Below, piece by piece: positions 55,349-64,000 of a DNA stretch of 64,000 nt; the stretch's first letter is position 1; every line of letters begins with the position of its first letter. The notes beneath the pieces are model-generated. The model worked only from the letters and a program-made list of their open reading frames with translations, was not told where the DNA came from and made no database searches. The stretch comes from Acidobacteriota bacterium. Its GTDB lineage: Bacteria; Acidobacteriota; UBA890; WLXD01. Location of the stretch: positions 1,504,001 through 1,568,000 of the forward strand of contig CAXWPH010000015.1 in assembly GCA_963666055.2 (NCBI GenBank), read 5' to 3'. The translations under genes and the position numbers were made by a program.

Positions 55349-57289
55349 TCAGCAGGAGATGCAGTTGTGCCTATTCTCCGAGCCGAGCGCCTCGGTCAAG
55401 GCTATGGTCGCCGGATAGGGACGCACGCGTTGCATCGGCCCGTTCGCCATGTCCGCGATGGTTTCCCCCCGGCGGCTCAGCAGCAGCGGATCCGCACCCT
55501 TCATGTAGAGGTAGACGACCATCTCGTTATCACCCCGCCCGGACGCGTGATGCAGGGGTGAGTAGCCCTTGTCGTCCCTGGCGTTGATGTCGGCGCCGAG
55601 CTCTTCCACCAGGTACCGTACCGCCGGCATCCATCCGTCCGGCACGTGGCGGTGGTGGTTTGCGGCAAACCCGGTGCCTTCGGCGTAACCGGCGCCGGAA
55701 GCGATGTGGATCGGGTAGATAGCGGGCCCGCCGATCTCCGCCGGCGGCAAGGCGGAGTGATCAATCTGGAATTTCTTCCCGCGACGGTAGCGACGGCGCG
55801 GGATCTTGCGCGTCGGCACGTTGGGATCGGCCCCGCGCGCGACCAGCACTTTCATGGTCGCGACATCGAGGGCCTGAGCGGCGCGCCAGAACGCTGTCGC
55901 TCCCGTTGTGTCGGACTGCTGATCAAAGTTGTAGGCCTGGTACCAGAGCTTTTTCTTCAGTCGTACGTTCGGATCCGCTCCGGCCTCGAGCAGCGCCGCA
56001 ACCAGCTCCACGTGGGTCGTTTTCTGGTTCTTGTGCGCCGTCTGTTGGGGGTAGCTGGTCTTGGCAGCAAATTGTGCGTTGATGGCGCCGTAGACCGGAG
56101 TGCCGCCGGCCTCGCTCGCCAGATTGGGATCGGCGCCGTGCTCCAGCAGCGTCATCGCCAGGTCGAAGTGGCCGTTGATCGTGGCGATCAACAGCGGGCT
56201 GGTTTGGTCGCCCGCGCTGACTTGATTGACGTTGACGTCGTGGTCGAGCAGCGCCAGCACAGCGTCGGCGTGTCCCTCTCGGGCCGCGAAGTGCAGCGCC
56301 GTGATACCCCCTTGCGCGAAGACGAGATCCGGAAATCCCCTCGCTTGCTCCATGAAGGCGAGCTCTTCTTCGGTCTTGTCGGAGTCTTCGTCGGCCTCAG
56401 CTTCATCTTCGTCGGCCGTTTCCTCTTTGTCCACGTCCGGCTCGGCTTCCTTCTCGGGCTCGTCGACCGGCGCCTCCTCCTCCGCGGTTGGCTCCTCGCC
56501 GGGTTCGTCGCCCTCCTTGCCCTCGGTAGCTTCTCCGCTCTCCTCGGCTTCCGCTGGCTCCTCGTCGCCTTCAGCCTCCGCGGCGCGCGCCGCGGCGTCT
56601 GCCTCAATCTTCCGCACGGCCACTATGCGCTCGCGGCGCACCTTCTCCGCTTCCTGCAGCTCCTTTCCAGCAGCCACGATGTCGACAACCTTGGTTGCCA
56701 GGGAGGCGTCCGCGCCACGCTGCAGCAGCGCGGTAACCACGGCGAGTCGGTTGTTGGCGACGGCGAACATGAGCGCCGTCTGGCCCCACGCCGTCTCGAG
56801 GGCGTTGACGTCGGCACCGTGGTCGAGGAGAACCGAAACGACCTCGACATCGCCGGTCGCCGCGGCAAAGTGCAACGGGCTCGCGCCGCCGGCCGTCGTG
56901 GGTGCGCCAACGTTGCTACCCGCTTCCAGCAACACGCGGACTACGTCCACGTTGCCGGCCTTGCTGGCGATGTGCAGAGGCCGATATGCGCCGATCCGCG
57001 TGCCGGCCTCGAGGTTGGCACCTGCGTAGATGAGCATCTTCGCAAGCTCGGCGGCGTCGTTTTCCGCGGCCCAATGAAGCGCCGTCATGCCGTCGGCCTG
57101 CGCGGCGTTCACATCGGTGGCCTGTCGGAGCAGCGAGCGCACCAACTCCGAGTCGCCCGCCATCGCGGCGTCGGCGACGAGTGACTCAGCGGGTGCCGCA
57201 ACCACCAGGGCCGGCAGGCAGGTCGCGACTATCAGCATCAGCCACAGGTGCCTGCTTACGCTGGGGCGAAGTGGATACGTTGCCGACAT
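55349..57289 (-). CDS. Secreted ankyrin-repeat protein with acidic insert
   Basis: Signal peptide. Many G.TALH.AA / GAD.N repeats, an E/D-rich linker and a C-terminal HNCISC. Confidence 0.92.
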   Translation of the reverse strand: MSATYPLRPSVSRHLWLMLIVATCLPALVVAAPAESLVADAAMAGDSELVRSLLRQATDVNAAQADGMTALHWAAENDAAELAKMLIYAGANLEAGTRIGAYRPLHIASKAGNVDVVRVLLEAGSNVGAPTTAGGASPLHFAAATGDVEVVSVLLDHGADVNALETAWGQTALMFAVANNRLAVVTALLQRGADASLATKVVDIVAAGKELQEAEKVRRERIVAVRKIEADAAARAAEAEGDEEPAEAEESGEATEGKEGDEPGEEPTAEEEAPVDEPEKEAEPDVDKEETADEDEAEADEDSDKTEEELAFMEQARGFPDLVFAQGGITALHFAAREGHADAVLALLDHDVNVNQVSAGDQTSPLLIATINGHFDLAMTLLEHGADPNLASEAGGTPVYGAINAQFAAKTSYPQQTAHKNQKTTHVELVAALLEAGADPNVRLKKKLWYQAYNFDQQSDTTGATAFWRAAQALDVATMKVLVARGADPNVPTRKIPRRRYRRGKKFQIDHSALPPAEIGGPAIYPIHIASGAGYAEGTGFAANHHRHVPDGWMPAVRYLVEELGADINARDDKGYSPLHHASGRGDNEMVVYLYMKGADPLLLSRRGETIADMANGPMQRVRPYPATIALTEALGSENRHNCISC

Positions 57290-57319
57290 GATTTCAGTCC
57301 TCCGCTCCTCGCCCCGTCG

Positions 57320-58702
57320 TCAGACCGAGTAAGAAAACTCCCCGGTGCTGTCGCCGAAGCTCTGCATGTCGTCGTGACCCAGCCGGTGCAGCAGGTTCAA
57401 CATCACGTTCGCCATCGGAGTACCGGGCTCGGCTTGAACGTGGAGGTTGCCGTGTGGCTGGGTGTTGGCGCCGCCGAGCACGATCAAGGGGCAACGCCTG
57501 TGGTTGTGCAAGTTGGGGTCACCCATGGGCGATCCGTAGATGACCATGGTGTTGTCGAGCAGCGGGCTCTCGCCATCCATGGTGTTGTTCAGCTTGTCGA
57601 GCAGGTAAGGGAGCATGCCGACATGGTAGCGGTTGATCTCCGCGAACTTCTCGATTCTTTCGTCGACGTCGCCGTGGTGCGACGTTCTGTGGAACGGCTC
57701 GGGTACGCCGCTTTCTGGGAACACCCGAGCTGAAGCATCGCGTCCCAACTTGAGCGAAAAGACGCGCGTCAGGTCGGCGGCGAACGCCATCGTCTGCAGA
57801 TCGAACATGAGCTCGACGTGCTCGCTGAAGGAATCGGGCACGCCGGCGGGGGCGGCCGGTAACTCGCGCAGCTCGCCGCTGCTATTGCGCTCCTCGGTCA
57901 TCTGGATTCGTCGCTCGATCTCGCGGATGTTGGTCAGGTAGCGATCCAGCCGGCGGCGATCGCCGGCGCCGAATTCCTGCTGGATGTGCGATATTTCCTC
58001 GGCGATCCAGTCGAGGATGCTGCGCTTGCTGGCGCGGCGTGCGGCACGCTGCTCGGGTGTGCCGCCGGCTCCGAAGAGCCGGTCGAAGACGGCGCGCGGA
58101 TCCCGAATCATTGGCAGCGGCTCCGTCGGCGATGCCCAGCTGATCGTGTCCGAGTAGATGCACGCATAGCCGTAGTCGCAACCGCCGGCCTGATCGACGT
58201 TCTCGATGCAAAGCTGCAGCGACGGAATCGGGTTGTCCTGCCCGAAGCGCCGGGCGTAGACCTGATCCATCGAGATGCCCGCTATGACGTCGGAGCCCTC
58301 GGTCTGCTTCGGGTGCGCCTGGGTCAGGAAGACCGCGCTCGAGCGGTAGTGGTCGCCGCCGATCTCCTTGGTCTCGTAGGCCTCGGCCTGCTGGCAGTCG
58401 GTGTTGCTGACGATCGTCAGATACCGCCGCCATGGCTCCAGCGAGCTCAGCGAGGTGGGGGTGAGGTCGAAGTCATGCCCGGTGGCCGCCGGGGCCCACA
58501 GATTCTTGGTTGCACCGAGCGCGTTGCTGCCGGCGGCGCCGTGAACGATCTCGATGCAAACCAATCGCTTCGGCGAGCTCGCCGCGGTCTTCGCGAGCGC
58601 CGTCCTAGCCGGCACCATCGCATCTACGAACGGCAGCGCTACCGTTGCTCCCAGGCCGCGGAGAACGGTACGACGAGGCATCGCTTTCTTGGTTATGAAC
58701 AT
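57320..58702 (-). CDS. DUF1552-family protein (Tat-like leader)
   Basis: MFITKKAMPRRTVLRGLGATVALPFVDAM, GDHYRS, CDYGYACIY, FHRTSHH, HNHRRCP. Confidence 0.9.
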   Translation of the reverse strand: MFITKKAMPRRTVLRGLGATVALPFVDAMVPARTALAKTAASSPKRLVCIEIVHGAAGSNALGATKNLWAPAATGHDFDLTPTSLSSLEPWRRYLTIVSNTDCQQAEAYETKEIGGDHYRSSAVFLTQAHPKQTEGSDVIAGISMDQVYARRFGQDNPIPSLQLCIENVDQAGGCDYGYACIYSDTISWASPTEPLPMIRDPRAVFDRLFGAGGTPEQRAARRASKRSILDWIAEEISHIQQEFGAGDRRRLDRYLTNIREIERRIQMTEERNSSGELRELPAAPAGVPDSFSEHVELMFDLQTMAFAADLTRVFSLKLGRDASARVFPESGVPEPFHRTSHHGDVDERIEKFAEINRYHVGMLPYLLDKLNNTMDGESPLLDNTMVIYGSPMGDPNLHNHRRCPLIVLGGANTQPHGNLHVQAEPGTPMANVMLNLLHRLGHDDMQSFGDSTGEFSYSV

Positions 58703-58747
58703 CGGTTGTATTCCTCGCCCGGTCGGCGGCTCCCGGAGCTCGGAGGC

Positions 58748-61198
58748 TCAGTGGATCCCGTCGATATCCGCGGCCACGTCGGCTGGCTGAACCTGGTTGT
58801 TGCTGCGAAAGGCTGGGCTCGTCGCCACTCCCAGGATGAACGACGACATCCGGTAGTCGTTGCGTGAGGCCGCGCGCACGATGGCGCGGATCTCTCGCAT
58901 GTCAGGGTACTCTACCCGCCGCCCGAGTCCATACGCCATCAGGTTTTCGGTGAAGGTCGTGATAAGCGCCGGCGAGTACTTGAGCAGCGCTTCACGTAGG
59001 TCCGTCGGGCTGCTCAGGGCGGTGCCATCGTAGAGGCTGCCCGATGTGTCGACGGGGTTGCCGTTGTCCTTCGTGCGCCAAGCACCGGTAACGTCGAAGT
59101 TCTCCAGCGCCAGGCCGATCGGGTCGATCGCCCGGTGGCAGCTGGCACACGCCGGGCTGGCGCGATGCTGCTCCATCCGCTCGCGCACGGTCAGCTCGCG
59201 ACCGTCGGCGACTGCCTCGGTGGCATCCAACTCCGGCACGTTCGGTGGTGGTGGCGGTGGCGGGCTTCCGAGCAGCACCGACATCACCCACTTGCCGCGC
59301 AGTACCGGCGAGGTTCTTTCGGCGTGCGAGGTCAGCGTCAAGATGCTGCCATGCCCCAGTAGGCCGCGTCGCTCCGGGTCCCGAACCGGCACGCGACGGA
59401 AGTGGTCTCCGCTGACGTTCGGAATGCCGTAGTGGCGAGCCAGGCGCTCGTTCACGAACGTGTAGTCAGCGCGCAGCAGATCGAGCACGCTACGGTCATC
59501 CTCGACGAGGCTGTTGAAGAGCAACACCGTCTCGCGCCGCATGGCTGCTGCGAGCTCCTCGTGGAAGTCTGGGAACATCAAGGCATCCGGGTGCACCTTG
59601 TCGAGGTCCTGCAGCCGCAACCACTGCGCCGCGAATCGCGTTCCCAACGCTGCGGCGCGCGGATGTTGCAGCATTCTGTGGACCTGCTGCTCGAGCACCG
59701 CATCTTCCGAGAGTCGGTTTTCCCGCGCCAGCGTCATCAGTTCCTCGTCCGGCCGGGCGCCCCACAGGAAGAACGACAGACGTGACGCCAACGCTACATC
59801 GCTGATCCTGTAGCGCTGGCCGCCGGCCTGGGCCGCGGCCGGCGCTTCAAAGCGCAAGACGAAGTGGGGGCTCGACAGCAATGCCTCCAGCGCCGCGCGG
59901 ATGCCGGCCTCGAAGCCACCCCCGGCGGCGCCCTTTTGGAAGAACGACATCAACCCGGCAATGTCTCGCTCGTTGGCTGGACGCCGGTAGGCCTGTGTGG
60001 CCAGTCGCGTGATGATCTCCTCCGCGCACGGTGCTTCTTCACTGGGTGAGGTGGGACGGCATGTGAAGATCTTCTGGCGGCTCGGCGTGGCGGAGACGCT
60101 AGTAGCGTTGTGTGGCCCGATGATCGCGGCGCTCTGAAGGTGGACGAGGCTGGTGATCCCGTGCACCGATCCAATCGACCGATCCGCCAGGCTCCACTCG
60201 TGCGGTGATATCAGGTCGACCGAGGGCCCCTCCGACCGTTGGATGAACGTGACAGAGATCCGTTGCGCTCCCGCTCGAATGAATATCCGGTCGGTAGACA
60301 GGCTCTGGTTATCGGGGTCCATGAACCGATCGACATCGAGCAACGCGGCGCGCTCGTTGTTGACCGACACTTCGATCTGTTCCTGGTGGAGAAGGGCCTT
60401 GCCGAACAACAGTCCTTCTGGCGCGTCGAAGACGGTGAGGGTGAAGACGTACTCGCCGTCGGCCGGGAAGTTGTGAATTACCGATAATCCGCCGCGGGTT
60501 CCGTACGGTGCCCCCTTCACCCGTTCACGCTGCGACGTGTAGCGCGACATCGGGTACTTGGCTACGGCTAGCGAGGCGTTGGGGTCACCTACTGCTAAAC
60601 GGCTGATCTCGGCCGCCGCACTCAGGTAGCCTTCCATCACCGTCGCGGAGAGGCCTTGAACGTCGGCGATATTGTCGAAGCCGGCGCTTAGCGGGTCGGG
60701 CGGCAGGTAAGCGCTGGCATCGATCTCGAGGTCGAGCAGGTCGCGCACGGAACGCTCGTACTCGACTTGATTGAGCCGCTGGAACGTCCGCCCGCCGGGG
60801 TTGGGGTTGGCCGCGGCAGCTGCGTCGACGCGGGAAGCGAGAGCTGTGACCAACGCGGTGAGCGTGGCGTCGTCAGGGCGCCGCGCTGGGAGCGCCGGCA
60901 TCATTCCCGTTTCCAGCTTGCGGATCATCTTCTCGGTGACCTCGGCGTTCTCATGAGCCCTGGCGACGTCGAAGTGCTCGAGGCTCAGACCACCGCGCAT
61001 CGTGCTGTCGTTGTGGCACCGCAGGCAGTAGCGGCCGATGACCTGGTTCTGATCCTGGTAGGCCGCGGCAGCGATTGCCCGGTCGCCGGGCATCGTGCTG
61101 CTGTCGAGCGCAGGCTGGTGCTGCGCCAGACTAGCCCTTGCCGTCACGCCGAGGCCGAGGAGCCCGATGACGGCGAGAGAGAGCATCGACCGCTTCAT
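58748..61198 (-). CDS. DUF1592/1587/1595/1588/1585 multi-domain c-type cytochrome
   Basis: Signal peptide. Two CxxCH motifs (CLRCH, CASCH), RLN..EY....DLL, GFDN, LASRLSFFLW, TSPVLRGKW, GLALENFD. Confidence 0.92.
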   Translation of the reverse strand: MKRSMLSLAVIGLLGLGVTARASLAQHQPALDSSTMPGDRAIAAAAYQDQNQVIGRYCLRCHNDSTMRGGLSLEHFDVARAHENAEVTEKMIRKLETGMMPALPARRPDDATLTALVTALASRVDAAAAANPNPGGRTFQRLNQVEYERSVRDLLDLEIDASAYLPPDPLSAGFDNIADVQGLSATVMEGYLSAAAEISRLAVGDPNASLAVAKYPMSRYTSQRERVKGAPYGTRGGLSVIHNFPADGEYVFTLTVFDAPEGLLFGKALLHQEQIEVSVNNERAALLDVDRFMDPDNQSLSTDRIFIRAGAQRISVTFIQRSEGPSVDLISPHEWSLADRSIGSVHGITSLVHLQSAAIIGPHNATSVSATPSRQKIFTCRPTSPSEEAPCAEEIITRLATQAYRRPANERDIAGLMSFFQKGAAGGGFEAGIRAALEALLSSPHFVLRFEAPAAAQAGGQRYRISDVALASRLSFFLWGARPDEELMTLARENRLSEDAVLEQQVHRMLQHPRAAALGTRFAAQWLRLQDLDKVHPDALMFPDFHEELAAAMRRETVLLFNSLVEDDRSVLDLLRADYTFVNERLARHYGIPNVSGDHFRRVPVRDPERRGLLGHGSILTLTSHAERTSPVLRGKWVMSVLLGSPPPPPPPNVPELDATEAVADGRELTVRERMEQHRASPACASCHRAIDPIGLALENFDVTGAWRTKDNGNPVDTSGSLYDGTALSSPTDLREALLKYSPALITTFTENLMAYGLGRRVEYPDMREIRAIVRAASRNDYRMSSFILGVATSPAFRSNNQVQPADVAADIDGIH

Positions 61199-61356
61199 TC
61201 ACCTGTCTCCATTGCGGAACCGGGGCTCGAGAAAATCGATACCGGCGCGGAGTTCGCCAGCCTCCGCGGAGCCCTGATGTGCAGTATACGGCTGCCATCG
61301 CCGGCTTGCCCAGACCTGCAGGAGCAGATCCTCCATTCCTCGCCTGGCTGGCCGAT

Positions 61357-61636
61357 CTAGCAGGCTGTGGTGAAAGTGTGGTGGGTCTGGTTACGGCGAG
61401 TTGGCGCCAGATGCAAGGCGGCCTGACACTGGCGATGCCCCGGCCATCGTCGAGGAAGGCCAACGCTGCAGATGGCCCCAAATCGCCGTAACCCTTCGGG
61501 CGACAGGGGGGTTGCGCGCGTACGCTGCGTCGTTCCTCGTCAACGATGGAGTAGCCATCGCCTCCTCCTCTCTCCTTGCCTGCGCCTCGCAAGACCCTGT
61601 CGCCAGACCCATCACACTTTCACCACGGCCTGCTAG
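61357..61636. mobile_element. MITE-like element, longest copy (TIR, module A, cUUCGg hairpin, module B, TIR)
   Basis: CTAG at both ends. Long imperfect TIR CAGGCTGTGGTGAAAGTGTGGTGGGTCTGG / CCAGACCCATCACACTTTCACCACGGCCTG encloses two long internal hairpins. No plausible coding capacity. Confidence 0.85.
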
Positions 61637-61669
61637 CAGGCCCGCCACACTTCCACCACCGCCTGCCAG
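61633..61669. repeat. Minimal tandem derivative of the MITE sharing the CTAG
   Basis: CTAGCAGG is fused directly to CCCGCCACACTTCCACCACCGCCTGCCAG (right-TIR variant). Confidence 0.7.
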
Positions 61670-61679
61670 GCCGCCAATG

Positions 61680-62558
61680 TCACGGTCGATCCGTTGATTC
61701 TGCCGCCGCAATGGCCGCTCGAAGCGCCTTCACCGTCTTGTCGACGCGAAACTGCATGAGCTTGTTTCCGATCTCCAGAGTGGCCTCCAGGTCGGCGATG
61801 CTTTGACCGTTGATGCTCGCCTTTCCGGCCTTCACACGCTGCTCGTAGCGCACGGTCTCGGGATCGACCGTCATCTGCATCGCGGTGAGCCAATAGAAGT
61901 CGTGATAGCCCTCGTTTTCCTCCACGATGCCGAGCTCGGTGTTCATGTACTCGATCACGTCATCTGCGTTGTAGAACTCCGGAATGAAGTGAGCAATCGT
62001 TGTTCCCCAGCGCTCGTTGACCTGCTCGGCGACGTTCCGCATGCCGGACTGGTTTCCGCCACTGGCGCCGAGGAACGCGATGTGCTCGAAGCCGTGCACC
62101 TTCAGGCTGGAGGCGGCATCGTCGAGCATCATCTCGAAGGTCTCCTGTCGAACGCTGATCGTGCCCGGATACCTCATGTGGCCGGTGGGCGGGTCGATGT
62201 TGCCCTCCGGTACAAGCTTGATGATCGGCGCGCACAGTGCGTCGCCTAGCGCCCGGGCGATTCGCTCGCAGAGGCCCTGTAGCTCGTAGTTGTGCTTACC
62301 GGTTGCCACATACGGCCCGTTTTGCTCCATGCCGCCGGTAGTCAGAATGGCGATCTTCTTGCCCGCCGCCATGGCGTCGCGTACCTCGATCCAGGTGAGC
62401 TCCTCGATCCACACGGAATCGAGTGCCTCGATGGGTCTTTGCATGGCGAGCTCGCGCTGAATGCGCGCCTCGCGGTCGGCGTTCTGACCGCCCGCGATCC
62501 CGATGCCCGCCACCACGATCAGTAGTGTGGCCAGGCTCAGCAGCTTGCGTCTTGTCAT
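61680..62558 (-). CDS. Secreted creatininase-family protein
   Basis: Signal peptide. EELTW, TGGMEQNGP...GKH, PGTI, SGGN, HD motifs. Confidence 0.9.
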   Translation of the reverse strand: MTRRKLLSLATLLIVVAGIGIAGGQNADREARIQRELAMQRPIEALDSVWIEELTWIEVRDAMAAGKKIAILTTGGMEQNGPYVATGKHNYELQGLCERIARALGDALCAPIIKLVPEGNIDPPTGHMRYPGTISVRQETFEMMLDDAASSLKVHGFEHIAFLGASGGNQSGMRNVAEQVNERWGTTIAHFIPEFYNADDVIEYMNTELGIVEENEGYHDFYWLTAMQMTVDPETVRYEQRVKAGKASINGQSIADLEATLEIGNKLMQFRVDKTVKALRAAIAAAESTDRP

Positions 62559-62631
62559 CGAAGGCCTCCTTGTTGAGTCGGGCTCCTTGCGGCGTGTCCA
62601 GACCCTGCAATCTGCGCTGCGTGCGATACGG

Positions 62632-64000
62632 CTATCTGCGCTTCACACGGAATACCATGTCGCGGTGTACGTTGCCGTGGGCGCGTCCGATGCGAAAGCG
62701 CGCCCAGCCATCCTCCTGCACGGTCATCTCCATCTCCCGCCAGCTGCCCATGTTGCCCCGTACCGTCAGGCTGCCGCCGCGCAGGCGCTCTCCGGCGGCA
62801 TCGATGCGCTGGGCCAGCATCATTGAAGGCGAGCCAAGGAACGTCGGTTCGCCGTCGTCCGTTCTGCCGATCGCCAGCGCGCCCACCAGCCCGGCGAGGA
62901 CGAGCTGCGCGCCAGGATCGCCGCGCACCGCGAAGTAGCGCTCCTCGTAATACAGGTGATTGGTGAAGCTGTAGGTGCCGGGCTCGAGCTCCTCGGCGGT
63001 GCCGGCGTCGTCCCCGCCGCGCACCCGCGCAATGGGTGACGGAAAGCTCGAGCTCGTTGTGCCGCTGAGGATGAAGTCGGTCGTCGCCCGAACCACCGCG
63101 CCGACGCCGCGGAACAACTGCTCGGCGCTCGGGGCATCGAAGTAGTCGCCGCCGCCGGCGCTGGCGAGCGTCGACAGCGCGTCGGCCGCCTGCGCATCGA
63201 CACCCAGACCGACGGCGTGGATCCTTATCGGAATCCCGCCGGCACGGAGCTCGGCGGCGACCGCCACAGGGTCGCCGCCACAGGATTCGATGCCGTCGCT
63301 GATCAGCAGCAACACGCCACCGCCGCCCTCACGCAGGTCGCTCGCTGCGGCACGTAGGCTGAGCGCCAGGGGAGTCTGCCCGCGCGGTTGCAGTGACGCG
63401 GAGCGCTCCAGGATTTGCCGGGCACTGCCGGGCTGCGGTGCGATGAGCAGCTCCGTATCCCGACATCCGGCCTCCCTGTCGTCGTAAGCGACGCGGTGAC
63501 CGTAGGCGCGCAGGCCGACCGGCATCGAAAGCGGCACATCAATCAGAGCTCCGGCCAACGCTTCTCTGGCAAGCTCGATCTTGACCCGGCCGTCGACCTG
63601 TCCCCACATACTGTTGCTGACATCGAGAATCACCTGCAGCTGGGCGCCGGCGGCAGCGCCAACGGTCGCCGGGCCCGGCACGTCTAGGTCCGTCGGCAGC
63701 GCCTCGAGCGTGGCCATCTCGAAGCTGGTTTCGTCGAAGGCGCGCGTGTAGGTTCCGCCCGTAACCAGCGCGATTCCGGCGAGCTGGTGCGAGACGCGCT
63801 CACCGAGGCTGATGGTATGGATGCGGATGCCGTTTGCCTCGGCGCGTGCCACCCCCACCGGGTCCGCGCCGCAGGTTTCTTCGCCGTCGCCAATAATCAG
63901 CATCTCCTTGCGCTGTGCGTCCACCGCGCGCAGATCTTCAAGTCCCTGGCGCATGGTCAACACCAGCGGTGTGGCGCCGTCCCAGCCGATTGACTCCATC
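62632..64000 (-). CDS. Multi-VWA domain protein (5'-partial)
   Basis: Two VWA units (G.TPL..GDGEETCG.DP and ILDVSNSM..G.TPL..SDGIESCGGDP). The frame runs to the window edge. Confidence 0.85.
   Translation of the reverse strand, partial: MESIGWDGATPLVLTMRQGLEDLRAVDAQRKEMLIIGDGEETCGADPVGVARAEANGIRIHTISLGERVSHQLAGIALVTGGTYTRAFDETSFEMATLEALPTDLDVPGPATVGAAAGAQLQVILDVSNSMWGQVDGRVKIELAREALAGALIDVPLSMPVGLRAYGHRVAYDDREAGCRDTELLIAPQPGSARQILERSASLQPRGQTPLALSLRAAASDLREGGGGVLLLISDGIESCGGDPVAVAAELRAGGIPIRIHAVGLGVDAQAADALSTLASAGGGDYFDAPSAEQLFRGVGAVVRATTDFILSGTTSSSFPSPIARVRGGDDAGTAEELEPGTYSFTNHLYYEERYFAVRGDPGAQLVLAGLVGALAIGRTDDGEPTFLGSPSMMLAQRIDAAGERLRGGSLTVRGNMGSWREMEMTVQEDGWARFRIGRAHGNVHRDMVFRVKRR

Noticed and set aside
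22494-61669. CRISPR array or integron attC interpretation of the repeats
   Set aside because: Copies are dispersed rather than regularly spaced with unique spacers. No cas or integrase gene is present, and the ends lack RYYYAAC/GTTRRRY boxes.
61131-61711. Small ORFs over the repeat copies (61131-61592, 61279-61491, 61391-61711; also the 22475 and 37885 starts)
   Set aside because: The shared peptide strings (e.g. CRPKGYGDLG) simply reflect the DNA repeat. There is no RBS or consistent frame across copies.
1-64000. rRNA, tRNA or known riboswitch
   Set aside because: No recognisable cloverleaf with a T-loop/CCA, rRNA signature or riboswitch consensus was seen by eye. An Infernal/tRNAscan run would be needed to exclude them formally.

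Overview
High-GC bacterial chromosomal segment. The gene content (Ser/Thr kinase-PD40, DUF1592-DUF1552-ankyrin trio, many secreted hydrolases) resembles Acidobacteriota/Gemmatimonadota, but this taxonomy is an inference. About 40 apparently intact CDS are present: ppsA (5'-partial), an addB-addA-like helicase/nuclease pair, a phd-vapC TA module with a palindromic operator, transporters (APC-USP, MscS, Nramp-like), fadE, FKBP, recQ, xth, peptidases (M28, M48, M55), an FHA-GAF-adenylate cyclase coupled to an MBL hydrolase, creatininase and a partial double-VWA protein. No rRNA, tRNA, CRISPR array or transposase was recognised. Three things stand out. (1) A family of non-autonomous TIR elements (TA-GCAGGCCGTGGTGGAAGTGT...ACACTTCCACCACGGCCTGC-TA) is built from hairpin modules that share a core CAAGG-N12-14-GGCGATG-N7-CATCGTYGA-N7-8-C(A/G)ACGC despite different stems; one pair of ends brackets a small Gly/Tyr/His-rich lipoprotein gene with a sigma54-like promoter. 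(2) An 871-aa protein fuses CDGSH, divergent ferredoxin, a second CDGSH and a Rieske domain to a pyruvate-oxidase-like TPP enzyme. (3) Gene erosion is pervasive: two neighbouring genes each carry TAG where the family motif expects Trp, and several genes are collapsed by deletions (lldD-like, nitronate monooxygenase, beta-helix, DEDD exonuclease, vapC remnant). All family assignments come from motif recognition by eye, not database searches.
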